A stretch of 64,000 nt of DNA, from the NCBI GenBank assembly GCA_027021705.1, contig JALUTT010000099.1, forward strand, positions 1 to 64,000. The letters run 5' to 3'. Position 1 is the first letter of the stretch. Each line of letters begins with the position of its first letter. The translations under genes were made by a program, and so were the position numbers. The DNA is from Anaerolineae bacterium (GTDB taxonomy: Bacteria; Chloroflexota; Anaerolineae; S140-20). Positions 50,745-61,118 of this stretch are shown here, in pieces. Under the pieces are notes generated by a model that was given only the letters and a program-made list of their open reading frames with translations, was not told where the DNA came from and did no database searches.

Positions 50745-53660
50745 TCATTTGAGCACCAGCGGCAGGTAGACGCGCCCCTGCGGAGCGATGGCCTTCGTGA
50801 CGTCGGTGACGGTGGCAGCCACGCTCCCGTCCGCCTGCGAGGTAGCGGTGACAACGGTCGTATCCACCGTGCCGCTGACGACGTTGGCCGGCACCACGAC
50901 GGTGACCTGCACCGTCGCCGAGGCCCCCATCCCCAAGGAAACGGGGTTGGGACCACAGCTCACCCCCCACCCCTTGCCGCTGGTGCAGGCGATGGTGAAG
51001 GTGTCCGGGCCGTTGCCCGTGTTGGTCAGCGTGTGGGCGTAGACGAGGCTCCCTCCGGCGTAGACCTGACCGCTGCGGTTGGGGGTCATCGCCACGCCGG
51101 GCACGTGGCCGGCCGTGGTGGTGTCGGTGACGGTGACCCGGACGGCGTTGTCCGCCTGGGAGGTGACGGTGACGGCGGTGCTCTCCACCGTGCCGCTGAT
51201 GGCGTTGGCCGGCACGGTGACGATGACCTTCACCGTGGCCGTCGCGCCGGGGCCGAGGGTGATGGGCGTGTTAGGCTGCACCGAGGCCCACCCCCGGCTG
51301 CTGGAAGAAGCGATGGAGAAGGTATCGGTGTAGGAGCCGGTGTTGGTCACGATGTGGGTGTAGGTGACGGTTTGGCCGGGCTTGGGGGAAGCATTCTGAC
51401 CGCCGGTCAGCGCCACGCCTACCAGCCTCCCGAAGGCGTACTTGAGGTCGCGGTTGGTCAGGTCGTAGTAGGATATGTAGATGTTGCCGGCGTCGTCGAG
51501 GGTGATGGAGGTGTACAGGCCCACGTCACCGGTGCTGTCCACCGTCTGAGTGATCCACCGGCCGCCGTCCCAGTAAGCGTACTTCAGGTCACCGTTGGTG
51601 GCATCGTAGTAACTGATATGGGGACGGTTGCTGCCGTCCAAGGCCATCGAGGCGTGTCCACCCACATCCCCGCCGCTGTCCACCGTCTGGGTGACCCACT
51701 GGCTGCTGTTCCACCGAGCATACCGGAGGTCCTTGTTACGGTAGTCATAGTAGGCGATGTGCGGGCGGTCGTTACCGTCCAGGGCCAGCGCGGTGGACTC
51801 CCTCCCTAGAAACCCACGTCCGGCGTTGTCTACCGTCTGGGTGATCCACTGGCTGCCGTCCCACCGGGCGTACCGAAGCTCGTCCTTGGCGTCGTTTAAC
51901 GAATCGTCGTAGTAGTAGCTGATGTGGGGCCGGCGGTTGCCGTCCAGGGCCAGGGAGGTATGGTAGCCCACATTCCCGCCGCTGTCCACCGTCTGGCTGA
52001 TCCACTGGCTGCCGTTCCAGTAGACGTACCTCAGGTCGTTGCCGGTATCGTCGAAGTAACTGATGTGAGGCGTGTACGGCGACGTCGGCTCCAGGGCCAG
52101 GGAGTTGTGCCAGCCGTGCTGCCAACCGCCGGCGACAGTCTGGGTGACCCATTGGGTGCCATCCCAGCGGGCAAACCCCAGACTGGCCCGGTAGCTGATG
52201 CGGGGGTAGCCGTCCCCGCCAAAGGCCAGCGACGTGTCGCCCCAGGCTCCCGTAACAGTCTGGCTAATCCAAGCCGTGCCACTCAGCGAGGCATATTTCA
52301 AGTTGAAGAGGGTGCGGTCCATATAACTGATGTGGGGAGTCCCCTGAGTGTCCAAGGCGATGGACGTGTCCCGCCCTACGTCGGCGCCCCGGTCTACCAC
52401 CTGGGTCACCCACTTCTTTTGACTGCTGTCCCAGTAGGCATATTTGAGTGCTCCCGCGCCGTCGTAGTAGCTGACGTGCATGGTGTAGGTACCCGAAGGG
52501 GCGATGGCGAAGGAGGTGTAGAGGCCGTCGTCGTCCACTTTTTCGTTGACCCATCCCAGCCCGCTTTCGTAGAACGCATGCGTCATCCAAAGGCCGTTGA
52601 AGCTTATGTGGGGGTTGTCCGCGGCATCCAAGGCGATGGAAGTCCAGGTTTTAAACTCAACGGTTGCGGCTACGGTATCCGTGATCCAGTCGCCTGCATT
52701 ACTGTCATAATAGGCATATCTCACATCATAATCAAAATCCCCCTCGTAGCGATAGCTGATGTGAGGCTTGTCGTTGCTGTCCAGGGCCAGGGAACAGTAG
52801 GCCCCTGCCGCGTTCGGGAAGGGTTGCTCGACTATCTCCGGATTCCAACTTAACACTTTGTAGGTGTAGTAGAGCGCGCCGTTCCACGAATCATAGTAGC
52901 AGATGTGGGGATCCCCGTCGCTATCTATGGCAATGGAAGAGTACATCCCCACGTCGTTGTCGCTGTGGGCGGTTTCGGTGTGCCACTGGCTGCCGTCCCA
53001 GTAGGCGTACTTCAGGTTCTTGTTGGTCACATCGTAGTAGCTGATGTGAGGGCGGCCTTGCTGATCCAGAGCGATGGAGGTGTACTGGCCCACGTCCCCA
53101 TTGTCGTCCACCGTCTGGACGGTCCACTGGCCGCCGGCGTCCCGGCGGGCGTACTTGAGGTCGCCGTTGACGGCGTCGTAGTAGCTGATGTGGACGGTGA
53201 TGGCCGTGGTGCCGGTGACGGCGATGGCGGCGTGGGAGCCGACGCCGGGGCTGGTGTCCACCGTCTCCCGGTGCCAGGTAGAGCCGTCGTAGTAGGCATA
53301 GTAGAGGCGGTCGCCGCCGTAGGCGATGTGGGGGCGGGCGTTGCCGTCCAGCGCCAGGCTGCGGTCGGTCATATCGGCGAAGTACTTGGGCGCGTCCACC
53401 GCCCGCACCGTCCAGACCCGTTTGGAAGCGCTCACCACGGAAGAGGAGGAGGCCGCGGCCCTGGAAGGACCGGTCGCGTTGCCCGGGGAGACGGCACGCA
53501 GGCGGGCATTCCCCTCGAGTTGAGGTGAAGCGGGCAGGCGCTCATGGGCCAGCGCCCGGCTGCTTCCCCACACCAATGCCAGCGCCCCCACCGTGATCGC
53601 CGTGAGCAGTAGCGCCAGGACACAGGCAAACAAAAGCCGTTTCCACCTCGTTGTGTTCAT
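50745..53660 (-). CDS. Secreted beta-propeller repeat protein with two Ig-like domains and C-terminal YLPLVLK
   Basis: Signal peptide; many W..QTVD..G.VG..TS.ALD....PHISYYD....DLKYA repeats; TNTG..DTF domains. Confidence 0.85.
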   Translation of the reverse strand: MNTTRWKRLLFACVLALLLTAITVGALALVWGSSRALAHERLPASPQLEGNARLRAVSPGNATGPSRAAASSSSVVSASKRVWTVRAVDAPKYFADMTDRSLALDGNARPHIAYGGDRLYYAYYDGSTWHRETVDTSPGVGSHAAIAVTGTTAITVHISYYDAVNGDLKYARRDAGGQWTVQTVDDNGDVGQYTSIALDQQGRPHISYYDVTNKNLKYAYWDGSQWHTETAHSDNDVGMYSSIAIDSDGDPHICYYDSWNGALYYTYKVLSWNPEIVEQPFPNAAGAYCSLALDSNDKPHISYRYEGDFDYDVRYAYYDSNAGDWITDTVAATVEFKTWTSIALDAADNPHISFNGLWMTHAFYESGLGWVNEKVDDDGLYTSFAIAPSGTYTMHVSYYDGAGALKYAYWDSSQKKWVTQVVDRGADVGRDTSIALDTQGTPHISYMDRTLFNLKYASLSGTAWISQTVTGAWGDTSLAFGGDGYPRISYRASLGFARWDGTQWVTQTVAGGWQHGWHNSLALEPTSPYTPHISYFDDTGNDLRYVYWNGSQWISQTVDSGGNVGYHTSLALDGNRRPHISYYYDDSLNDAKDELRYARWDGSQWITQTVDNAGRGFLGRESTALALDGNDRPHIAYYDYRNKDLRYARWNSSQWVTQTVDSGGDVGGHASMALDGSNRPHISYYDATNGDLKYAYWDGGRWITQTVDSTGDVGLYTSITLDDAGNIYISYYDLTNRDLKYAFGRLVGVALTGGQNASPKPGQTVTYTHIVTNTGSYTDTFSIASSSSRGWASVQPNTPITLGPGATATVKVIVTVPANAISGTVESTAVTVTSQADNAVRVTVTDTTTAGHVPGVAMTPNRSGQVYAGGSLVYAHTLTNTGNGPDTFTIACTSGKGWGVSCGPNPVSLGMGASATVQVTVVVPANVVSGTVDTTVVTATSQADGSVAATVTDVTKAIAPQGRVYLPLVLK

Positions 53661-53845
53661 TGCTGCTGACCTCCTTTGTGCTCAGAGAGGATGACCTTCC
53701 CGGCAATGATCACCACCTTCTATTGTCTCCGTGCCAACAAGTCCTCAAGGGAGAACAGGAACGGCTCCCCATCAAATCTGAAAAGTCTCATCGCCTATTC
53801 ACCTCCTAACATTACAACCGTCACTCAAGCGAGCACGAACCGAAG

Positions 53846-54175
53846 TCAGCGCGGAACCGTTTTGGAAAAAGCGTGGATCACCACCACACCGGCGATGATT
53901 AGAACCATCCCAACAACAGCAGGTAGGTCCGGGACCTCCCGGTAGAGTACAGCGCCGGCGACGGCGATCAACACGATCCCTAGCCCACTCCACACCGCAT
54001 AGGCAACCCCCACAGGGATGTACTTGAGCACCAAGGTCAGGAAGTAGAAAGCCGTGCCGTATCCGACGACGACCAGCAAGCTCGGTACCGGGCGGGTAAA
54101 GCGTTCCGAGGCCTTCAGCGCACTCGTTGCGGCCGTCTCGGCGATGATCGCGATGATCAGATAGAGATATGCCAT
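53846..54175 (-). CDS. SMR-family efflux transporter (EmrE/Qac-like)
   Basis: AI.AE..AT..LK, PVGVAYAVWSGLG; four TMs. Confidence 0.9.
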   Translation of the reverse strand: MAYLYLIIAIIAETAATSALKASERFTRPVPSLLVVVGYGTAFYFLTLVLKYIPVGVAYAVWSGLGIVLIAVAGAVLYREVPDLPAVVGMVLIIAGVVVIHAFSKTVPR

Positions 54176-54621
54176 CCTAAAGCCCCTTCCTCCCCCGGCG
54201 GCTCGTCCGTACTCCCTCGCTCCCAAGTCCCCTGCACCCCCCATCCTCTTCCTTCGTCCAGCAGATCAATCCGCCACAGCACGACCCGGACGACGACGTA
54301 GAGGTCTTGGAGAGGCCGGCCAACCCCTCGCGCCAACGCCCACTCGGCCCAGTCGGGCCTAGGGAGAATCCGCGCACGGCCCCAACAGCGCAGCCAACGC
54401 AGCGGCTCTTCAACATCCGGCACCACGAGGGCCACCCGGGGGTCCTGCTCCAGGTAGTAGACCAGATCGCTCCAACGAGGCAGCAGGCAATCCACCTCCA
54501 ACCCGTGGTTACGGTAGCGGACCAGCGCGGCCCGCCCGCCCTCCGGGCTCGCCACGCTGAGGACGCAGGTCCGGTGGGCGGCAAGATAGGCCACAACCTG
54601 GTCTCGCAACTCCTCCAGCAT
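54157..54621 (-). CDS. Pyridoxamine 5'-phosphate oxidase-like split-barrel protein
   Basis: L..HRTCVLS, L.QDPRVALVV, GRARI pattern. Confidence 0.55.
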   Translation of the reverse strand: MLEELRDQVVAYLAAHRTCVLSVASPEGGRAALVRYRNHGLEVDCLLPRWSDLVYYLEQDPRVALVVPDVEEPLRWLRCWGRARILPRPDWAEWALARGVGRPLQDLYVVVRVVLWRIDLLDEGRGWGVQGTWERGSTDEPPGEEGALGWHISI

Positions 54622-54675
54622 AGCGGCAGACTTTCCCCGAAGGCGAACGGTCGGATCAGAGCAACCAGACTATAC

Positions 54676-54714
54676 GACATCCCAGGGGGGAGTGTCATCC
54701 CCCAGTTGGGGGAT
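54676..54714. promoter_or_regulatory. Tandem TCCCCC-N4-GGGGGA boxes, putative LuxR-type operator
   Basis: ATCCCCC-AGTT-GGGGGAT (54697-54714) plus a half-conserved box 22 bp away. Confidence 0.55.
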
Positions 54715-54751
54715 TCGATGGAGAAGAGAAGGGGGATTTTTCACAGGGAGG

Positions 54752-57448
54752 CTACTGCTGAGTCGGGGGGAGGATGCCCAGCTCGCGGGCGCGGACGGCT
54801 GCCTGAACGCGGGAGTCCACGTCCAGCTTGTGCAGGATATGGGAGACGTGGCTCTTGACCGTCTCCGGGCTGATGACGAGCTGTTGGGCGATGGCCCGGT
54901 TGCTGGCCCCCGTAGCGATGAGGCGCAGGACCTCAAGCTCGCGGGGCGTGAGCAGGTGATGGGCCTCCAGGGAGTGGGCCGGCCGATGGCGGTCCTCGGC
55001 CCCAAACAAGTCCAACAGCGAGGCAACGAAAGATTTTTGGAGGCCCCGTTCCATAGCCAACCGGAGCAAGGGGACCACCAAGGCCCCTTCCTTCAGGATG
55101 AGGCCCGGAGCCCGCTGTGCTTTGCTCTGGGCCAGCAAGGGGGCCCAACGGTCCAGCGCCGCCGAGGGATGGCCCCGCTCCAACAGGAGGCGGGCCAAGA
55201 GCGTCTGGGGGCTGCCGAAGAAGACGAGGGCAGGCTTTCCCTCCCCTTGCCGAACCGCTTGGCGCAGGGTGTGCTCGGCAGTCCCGTAATCTCCATCGGC
55301 CATCTCCAGCAAGCCGCGCATCATCAGGCGCAGTACCGAGGCCGAGGGGAACTCCCGCTCAACCGTCGCCGCTTCCATTCGATGATAGATCTGGCGGGCC
55401 TCCTCCAGCCGGCCTTGAAGCCAGCGGGTGCGCCCCAACAGGTAGAGGAAGCCGACGACGACCGCCTTGTCCAGGGGAGTCACCTCGATGTGGTGGAAGA
55501 GCCGCTCGAAGTAGCGGTCCGCCACGTCTTCCTCTCCTCGGATGGCGTGGACGACGGCCATCAGCGCCGCCACGTCTGTCTCCAGGAAGGGATGCCCGCC
55601 CAAGGTCTCGCTCTTGGCCAGGGCGGCCTCGCCCAGCGCCACAGTCTGCGCCAGGCGGCCCCGCCAGAAGTGGACAAAGGCCATCAACCCTTCCAGCAGC
55701 GCCCACAAGAGACCGGTCTGATCCCCCAGACGGGCCAGCGCATAGCGGTAGACCGTCTCGATCCGCTCAGGTCCGCCGGGGGGGAAGGTGGAAAAAGGGG
55801 ATAGGTAGAGGATCAGGGTGCGCAGGCAATCGGAAGCGCCGGGCGGGTGGACGAGCGCCAGGGCGGCGTCGAAGTCGGCCAGGGCCTGGGCCTGATCTCC
55901 TTGGAAGAACCTCAAGTAGGCCCGCTCCATCAACAGCTGCACCCGGGTGGATGGGGAGATGGGGCAGGCCAGCGCTTGCTCGATCAGCGCGTTGCCTTCC
56001 TCCAAATCGGCCTCCAGGAGAGCACAGGCGGCCAGATCGCCCAGGACCTCTCCACAGCCGGCCCGGTCGCCGGCGGCCTCGGCGCCTCGCAGGGCCTCGG
56101 TCAACAGCGCCCGGGCCTCCTCCGCGTTTCCCTGCTGCCAGGCGCAGACCCCCAGGAAGTAGGTCAGCCGAGGATGGGCCTCACGAACCGAGGGAGGCAG
56201 CGCCTCGATCAGGGAGGTGAGCGTGCTCAGCATCCCCTGCCACAGCAACTCCTCGCCCACCTGCTCGATGAGCCGAGCGGCTTCCTCCCCCATCGCCGCC
56301 GCCAGGTAGTGGCCGATGGCCCGGTGGGGCTGCTCCGCCTCCAGGGCCCGGGCCGCCCGCCGATGGAGTGTCGCCATCCGCTCCGGCTCCTCTCGCTCCA
56401 AGCGCCGGCGGAGGAACTGGGCGAAGAGGGCGTGGTAGCGGAAGGCGGTGCGGGCCTCGTCCAGGGCGACCATGAAGAGGCTCCGCCGGTCCAGCTCTTC
56501 CAGAATCGCCTGGGCATCGGTTCGCCCCGTCACCGCGTTGCACAGGGAGGCCGTCAGCTCCTCCAAGATGGAAGTCTCCAACAGAAAGGTGCGCACTTCC
56601 TCCTGCTGGTGCTCCAGCACTTCCTCGGCCAGGAAGTCGAAGACGTAGCGGTCCGTGTGGGCGAAGTGGGCGATGAAGGCGGCGCGGCTTGCCGACGCGG
56701 GGATGCGACCGAGGGAGTCGGCCAGCAGGCGCAGCCCCGCCGGCCAGCCCTCCGTGCGCCCCTGGAGCAGACGCAACTCCTCCCCGGAGAGCCCCAACCC
56801 CCGCTTCCCGTTGAGGAAGGCCGCCGACTCCTCCAGGGGGAAGCGCAGGTCTGGGACCCGCAGCTCCAGCATCTCCCCCTGGGCCCGCAGCCGTGCCAGG
56901 GAGAGGGGGGGATCGTGACGGGTGGCGATCACCAGGTGCATCGTCGGGGGCATGCGGTGCAGCAGGTAGTCCAGCGCCACGTAGACCATCGGCTCGGTCA
57001 CCCGGTGGAGGTCGTCCAGCACCAGGGCGAAGGGCTCCGACATCACCTCGGCGATCTCGTTGATCAGGACGCCGATAACCCGCTGCACCGGGAACCCTGG
57101 GGCGGGGAACTGGGGCAACTCCCGCAGCAGCGCGTGGACCGTTGCCCCGCAGCGGGGGTCCAGCCGCTGCAGGGCCGCGACCAGGTAGGCCAGGAAGAGC
57201 GCCGGATCGTTCTCGCCTTCATCCAGGCTCAACCAGGCCAGGGGGAGATCGGGAAACGAGGCCACCAGGTTGGTCAACAGGGTCGTCTTGCCATAACCGG
57301 CGGGGGCAGAGAGGAGGATGAGCCGATGGGAGCGCAGCCCCTCCCGCAGCCTCGCGAGCAGGCGCTCACGGAGGATCAGATCGCTCCGCAGGGCGGGCGG
57401 GTGGAGCTTGGTCTGAACCAGCCAGACGGACCGCTTCAGGGCTTCCAT
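54752..57448 (-). CDS. MalT-like LuxR regulator (STAND ATPase-TPR-HTH)
   Basis: TKLHPP, APAGYGKTT, LDDLH, TEGWPAGL, FRYHALF, LTPRELEVL. Confidence 0.92.
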   Translation of the reverse strand: MEALKRSVWLVQTKLHPPALRSDLILRERLLARLREGLRSHRLILLSAPAGYGKTTLLTNLVASFPDLPLAWLSLDEGENDPALFLAYLVAALQRLDPRCGATVHALLRELPQFPAPGFPVQRVIGVLINEIAEVMSEPFALVLDDLHRVTEPMVYVALDYLLHRMPPTMHLVIATRHDPPLSLARLRAQGEMLELRVPDLRFPLEESAAFLNGKRGLGLSGEELRLLQGRTEGWPAGLRLLADSLGRIPASASRAAFIAHFAHTDRYVFDFLAEEVLEHQQEEVRTFLLETSILEELTASLCNAVTGRTDAQAILEELDRRSLFMVALDEARTAFRYHALFAQFLRRRLEREEPERMATLHRRAARALEAEQPHRAIGHYLAAAMGEEAARLIEQVGEELLWQGMLSTLTSLIEALPPSVREAHPRLTYFLGVCAWQQGNAEEARALLTEALRGAEAAGDRAGCGEVLGDLAACALLEADLEEGNALIEQALACPISPSTRVQLLMERAYLRFFQGDQAQALADFDAALALVHPPGASDCLRTLILYLSPFSTFPPGGPERIETVYRYALARLGDQTGLLWALLEGLMAFVHFWRGRLAQTVALGEAALAKSETLGGHPFLETDVAALMAVVHAIRGEEDVADRYFERLFHHIEVTPLDKAVVVGFLYLLGRTRWLQGRLEEARQIYHRMEAATVEREFPSASVLRLMMRGLLEMADGDYGTAEHTLRQAVRQGEGKPALVFFGSPQTLLARLLLERGHPSAALDRWAPLLAQSKAQRAPGLILKEGALVVPLLRLAMERGLQKSFVASLLDLFGAEDRHRPAHSLEAHHLLTPRELEVLRLIATGASNRAIAQQLVISPETVKSHVSHILHKLDVDSRVQAAVRARELGILPPTQQ

Positions 57449-57624
57449 GGAGGCTATCTTTCTCGGCGGCGTTACCGACAGGCTGGAGCCATTTTATCAC
57501 ACTTCTCGGCAATTTCCAAGGCCCCTACGGGTGGAGGAAGGCCGAGGGTCCCGGCCAGCGAACGGCGGGAACAAGCGAGGAACGATGGGGGGAGGAATGC
57601 GCTCGTCCATTGTCGTGAGTCCTG

Positions 57625-59610
57625 CTACGGGGCCGGTGGCCGCTCCACCCAATAGACAAGGAAGAGCAGCCGGCCGTCGGCCGTCGAACGGAAGGCGCGG
57701 GGAGGCCCTCCCGGATAGCGGGCCTGGGCCGCGTTCAGTTCGCCGGCCCGCTCCGCCAGGAGGACGACGAGGTCGGGCGGCGGCGCGTCCGGCGGAACGG
57801 TCTGCTCGCTGTTGGCCGGCGGCACGTCCACCCCCCGCGCGTGGGGAGCCAGGAAGCGCAGTGAGCCGAAGTCAGCGTACATAAAGGGTGGGCCGTAGAA
57901 GTAAAAGACGGGCCGTCCCTCCTGGGCCGCCAGGTAGCGCCCCAACTCCGTGGCCACCTCCGCCGTCGGATTGCCGTAGACCCGGCTGGGCGTGTAGTCG
58001 AAGAAGTAGTAGCGCCCGTTGAGGAAGGTCACGACGATCAGCACCAGGACCAGGCCCCGCCGCCAGGCCCGGCGCGACCCGCCCAGCAGCCGCCGGCCCA
58101 GCGCAGCCACCCCGACGAGCCCCAAGGCGGCGAAGGTCGCCACAACGGGCGTGATGCCCAGCATCCGCATGCTGCTGGGCGGATTCTCCGTCAGCACCCA
58201 CCCCGCCAGGAGGGCCAGCCAGAACCAGAGGAGGAGGAGCTGGTAGCGCCGCTCCCGCCAGTGAACCATCGCCCAGAGCAGCCCCAGGGGGAAGAAGAGG
58301 CCGCTGAGCAGGTCCAGGAGGGGGATGCGGGCCCGGTACCAGAAGGTGGGATCGGTGGTGTAGTTGAAGGCGGTGACGGCCTTGCGGAACTGCTGCCAGA
58401 GCAGCGCGGCGGCGCTCTGGCCCGTCTTCTCCACCTCGCGGGCCAGCCAGCCCGAGGGGAAGATGCCCACCTGGTTGTAACGGGCGGTGAGGGTGTCGGG
58501 GTGGTGGACGTAGTAGAGCAACAGGGGCGAGGCGACGAGGAAGGCCACCGCCAGGAGGACGATCAGCCCCCGTCTGTGCCGGCCGAATTCGGAGTCCGTC
58601 AGGGCCTGCAGGCCGACCCAGGCCGCGCCGATGATGGGGATGATGCGGGCGCCGAAGTAGCCGTACCAGCCGGCCCCCATAGCCAGCCCGGCGAGGAGGA
58701 AGGGCCAGAGGGCGTCGTCCCGCCGCCGACGCTTCCCCAGCGCCTCGGCCAGAGGCCAGAAGGCGAGGGTGGCGAAGAAGGGGTCGGCGATCTGGTTGGA
58801 GCCCAGCCGGCTGAAGTGGAGGTGGTAGTGGTTGAAGGCGAGCAGGGCCAGGGTGACCAGGGCGATCCGGCGACCGAAGAGCTGCCGGACCAGCAGGTAG
58901 GTGAGGAGCAGGGTCGCCGTGCCGATCAGCGCCGAGAGCATGCGCAGGCCGGCCACGCTCCGCCCGAAGAGGCGGAGGGAGAGGGCCTGGGCGAAGAAGG
59001 ACATGGTGGGCACGGAGAACCAGCCGGTGGCGAAGGGGTTGCGTAGCCGGCCCTCCAGCACGTCCACCGCTGCCATCCCCTGAGTCCCTTCATCGCCCCC
59101 CAGGTTGGCCGGGATGTGCTCCAGGTCCCAGGCCCGCAGGAAGAAGCCGACCAGGACGAGAGCTAAGACCAGCCCCCACGCCGGCGAGGAGCGGAGGCCC
59201 GCCCTCGGCCGGCGGAGGCCTCCCCCCGGCACCCTGGTGACCGCCGCGATGAAGAGACCAACGCTCAGCAGCCAGAGGAGGACGACGGGGCGAAAGTCCG
59301 AGGGGGGCGGCGTCGCATTGGCCGCCCGGGCCGCCCAGACGTTCAGGACCAAGGACCAGAGGAGCGCGGCCACCCGCAGCGGATGGGCCGCCACCCAGCG
59401 GGAGAACCCCGTTGCCGGGGGACGGGGTCGGCTGGACCTGAGCCCGAGCCGCCGCCAGGCCAGGAGCAGGAGCAGCAGCCCCAGCAGGTGGAAGGCCACG
59501 CCGTCCCAGAAGTAGTCGCGTCGGTGGAAGAAGTAGACCTGGCCCAGGAGGGCCAGCGCCAGCCCTCCCAGGAGCAGCAAGCCCGTCGCCAAGCTCCCTC
59601 GACGGCTCAC
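57625..59610 (-). CDS. GT-C glycosyltransferase (family 39/ArnT-PMT-like)
   Basis: Many TMs, LR..DL...P....GDEG motif, H.HFSR. Confidence 0.82.
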   Translation of the reverse strand: MSRRGSLATGLLLLGGLALALLGQVYFFHRRDYFWDGVAFHLLGLLLLLLAWRRLGLRSSRPRPPATGFSRWVAAHPLRVAALLWSLVLNVWAARAANATPPPSDFRPVVLLWLLSVGLFIAAVTRVPGGGLRRPRAGLRSSPAWGLVLALVLVGFFLRAWDLEHIPANLGGDEGTQGMAAVDVLEGRLRNPFATGWFSVPTMSFFAQALSLRLFGRSVAGLRMLSALIGTATLLLTYLLVRQLFGRRIALVTLALLAFNHYHLHFSRLGSNQIADPFFATLAFWPLAEALGKRRRRDDALWPFLLAGLAMGAGWYGYFGARIIPIIGAAWVGLQALTDSEFGRHRRGLIVLLAVAFLVASPLLLYYVHHPDTLTARYNQVGIFPSGWLAREVEKTGQSAAALLWQQFRKAVTAFNYTTDPTFWYRARIPLLDLLSGLFFPLGLLWAMVHWRERRYQLLLLWFWLALLAGWVLTENPPSSMRMLGITPVVATFAALGLVGVAALGRRLLGGSRRAWRRGLVLVLIVVTFLNGRYYFFDYTPSRVYGNPTAEVATELGRYLAAQEGRPVFYFYGPPFMYADFGSLRFLAPHARGVDVPPANSEQTVPPDAPPPDLVVLLAERAGELNAAQARYPGGPPRAFRSTADGRLLFLVYWVERPPAP

Positions 59611-60275
59611 CGACTCCCCCCCTTGAATCGCCTGACCCGCTCCTCGATCTCCGCCACGATCTCCCGCAATGCCGTCATATCCCCTTCGCCCACGTATTCG
59701 GCCAGGATGTCGAGCAACCGCTCCATATCGGGCTCGTATTCGTACACCAGCACCGCGACATCATTCTCGTACAGCCCCACCCGCACGAAGTCCCCCTGCC
59801 GATACAACGAGGGCAGCGCGTACAGCTTGAGCAACAACAGCCCTTCGACCGTCGCCAAGGGAACGCCTTGGCCCAAGAGTCGCTCCCGCCTCACGTACTC
59901 GCGTTGCACCCGCCGGAACAACGGATTGTCGGTGAGCAGGAAATCCACCCGCAACCCTTGAAACCTCCCCCGTGCGAAGTAGACATCTCGCTCAGCGATC
60001 TCGATCTCCGGCAGCCTGTCCAAATCCTCTCCGGCGATGATGAGGTCCAGATCCTGGGTGTTACGCCCCTTCACATAGTGAAGCAGCGCAACGCCGCCCA
60101 CCAAAGCATAGTCCACTTGCCGCTCTGCCAACAACGCAAAGAACCGTGTGACCGCTTCGACAGGAGAGCCCTCGACCGTTGACGGCATCGCTTCCCGACT
60201 CCAGTTCTGAGGATTGAAGAAATGCGCGTTCTGGACAACACGACCGATCTCTTCAACCGTCTTGAGCATGGCCAT
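59607..60275 (-). CDS. Nucleotidyltransferase-fold protein (AbiEii/MNT-like)
   Basis: YALVGGVAL...RNTQDLDL, VDFL, LLLKLYA. Confidence 0.65.
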   Translation of the reverse strand: MAMLKTVEEIGRVVQNAHFFNPQNWSREAMPSTVEGSPVEAVTRFFALLAERQVDYALVGGVALLHYVKGRNTQDLDLIIAGEDLDRLPEIEIAERDVYFARGRFQGLRVDFLLTDNPLFRRVQREYVRRERLLGQGVPLATVEGLLLLKLYALPSLYRQGDFVRVGLYENDVAVLVYEYEPDMERLLDILAEYVGEGDMTALREIVAEIEERVRRFKGGSR

Positions 60276-60278
60276 CCC

Positions 60279-61070
60279 TCAGCCGGAGGTAGGTTTCCGG
60301 GCCACGAAGAAGGTGTAAGCGCCGGGGTTCGCCGGGGGTTCCTCGTAGAAGCGCCGCACCAGCCGCTCCGTCAGCCAGAGGTTGGCCCGCGAGGGCCAGA
60401 GCACCCAGCGTCCGGCGAGCTTCTTGGCCACCAGCGCCGGCAGCCCCAGGTAGTGGCCCCACTCCAGGGCCGTCAGCGCCCCCGGCGAGAAGTAGGACCA
60501 GTGGCGCTCCAGCACCAGGCCGGCCCGGGCCAGCCGCGCCTCCCAGACCGCCGGGGGATCGCAGTGGTAGTGGCGGGAGATGCGGTTGAAAAAGCGCCGA
60601 TAGCGGTCCCCCAGAGGCCGCAGCCCCACCCGGTCCAGCATCCGTCCAACGGAGAGGAAGGCGAGGAAATGCTCCCCCGGCACGCAGAAGTAAAAGGGGC
60701 CGCCGGGGCGCAGGACCCGGGCGACCTCGTTCAGGACCGCCTGGACATCGGGGATGTGTTCCAGCACCGAGTTGCTGACCACGGTGCCGAAGTGGCCATC
60801 GGGAAAGGGCATCCGGGCCCCGTCGGCCTGGACAAGGACGCGGTAGACCCGGCGGTCGTGGGCCTCGCGCAGGGGCCGCCACCAGGGGTCCAGGCCGACC
60901 TCCGGCGGCTCCGGGAAGGCCAGGGAGGCGAAGTGACCATCGCCGCAGCCCAGGTCGAGGACGGGCCGGGGGAGGGGTAGGTCGGCGTAGAAGCGGGCCT
61001 CCACGGCCCGCAGCAAAGCGCGGAAGGCCGGCACCTCTCGCAAGTGACGCCACAGTAGATCTTCGGGCAC
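60279..61070 (-). CDS. Class I SAM-dependent methyltransferase
   Basis: VLDLGCGDG, SNSVLEHIPD, RVLRPGG. Confidence 0.9.
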   Translation of the reverse strand: MPEDLLWRHLREVPAFRALLRAVEARFYADLPLPRPVLDLGCGDGHFASLAFPEPPEVGLDPWWRPLREAHDRRVYRVLVQADGARMPFPDGHFGTVVSNSVLEHIPDVQAVLNEVARVLRPGGPFYFCVPGEHFLAFLSVGRMLDRVGLRPLGDRYRRFFNRISRHYHCDPPAVWEARLARAGLVLERHWSYFSPGALTALEWGHYLGLPALVAKKLAGRWVLWPSRANLWLTERLVRRFYEEPPANPGAYTFFVARKPTSG

Positions 61071-61118
61071 TGCAGTCTATCTCCCCACGCGGTTTGACGA
61101 ACCTGTAAAGCAAGGATA

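Noticed and set aside
50745..53660. Diversity-generating retroelement target (internal DNA repeats)
   Set aside because: The repeats are protein propeller blades and no reverse transcriptase is in the window
54176..54700. Guanidine riboswitch upstream of the SMR gene
   Set aside because: The region is occupied by an overlapping CDS and no ykkC-type motif was seen
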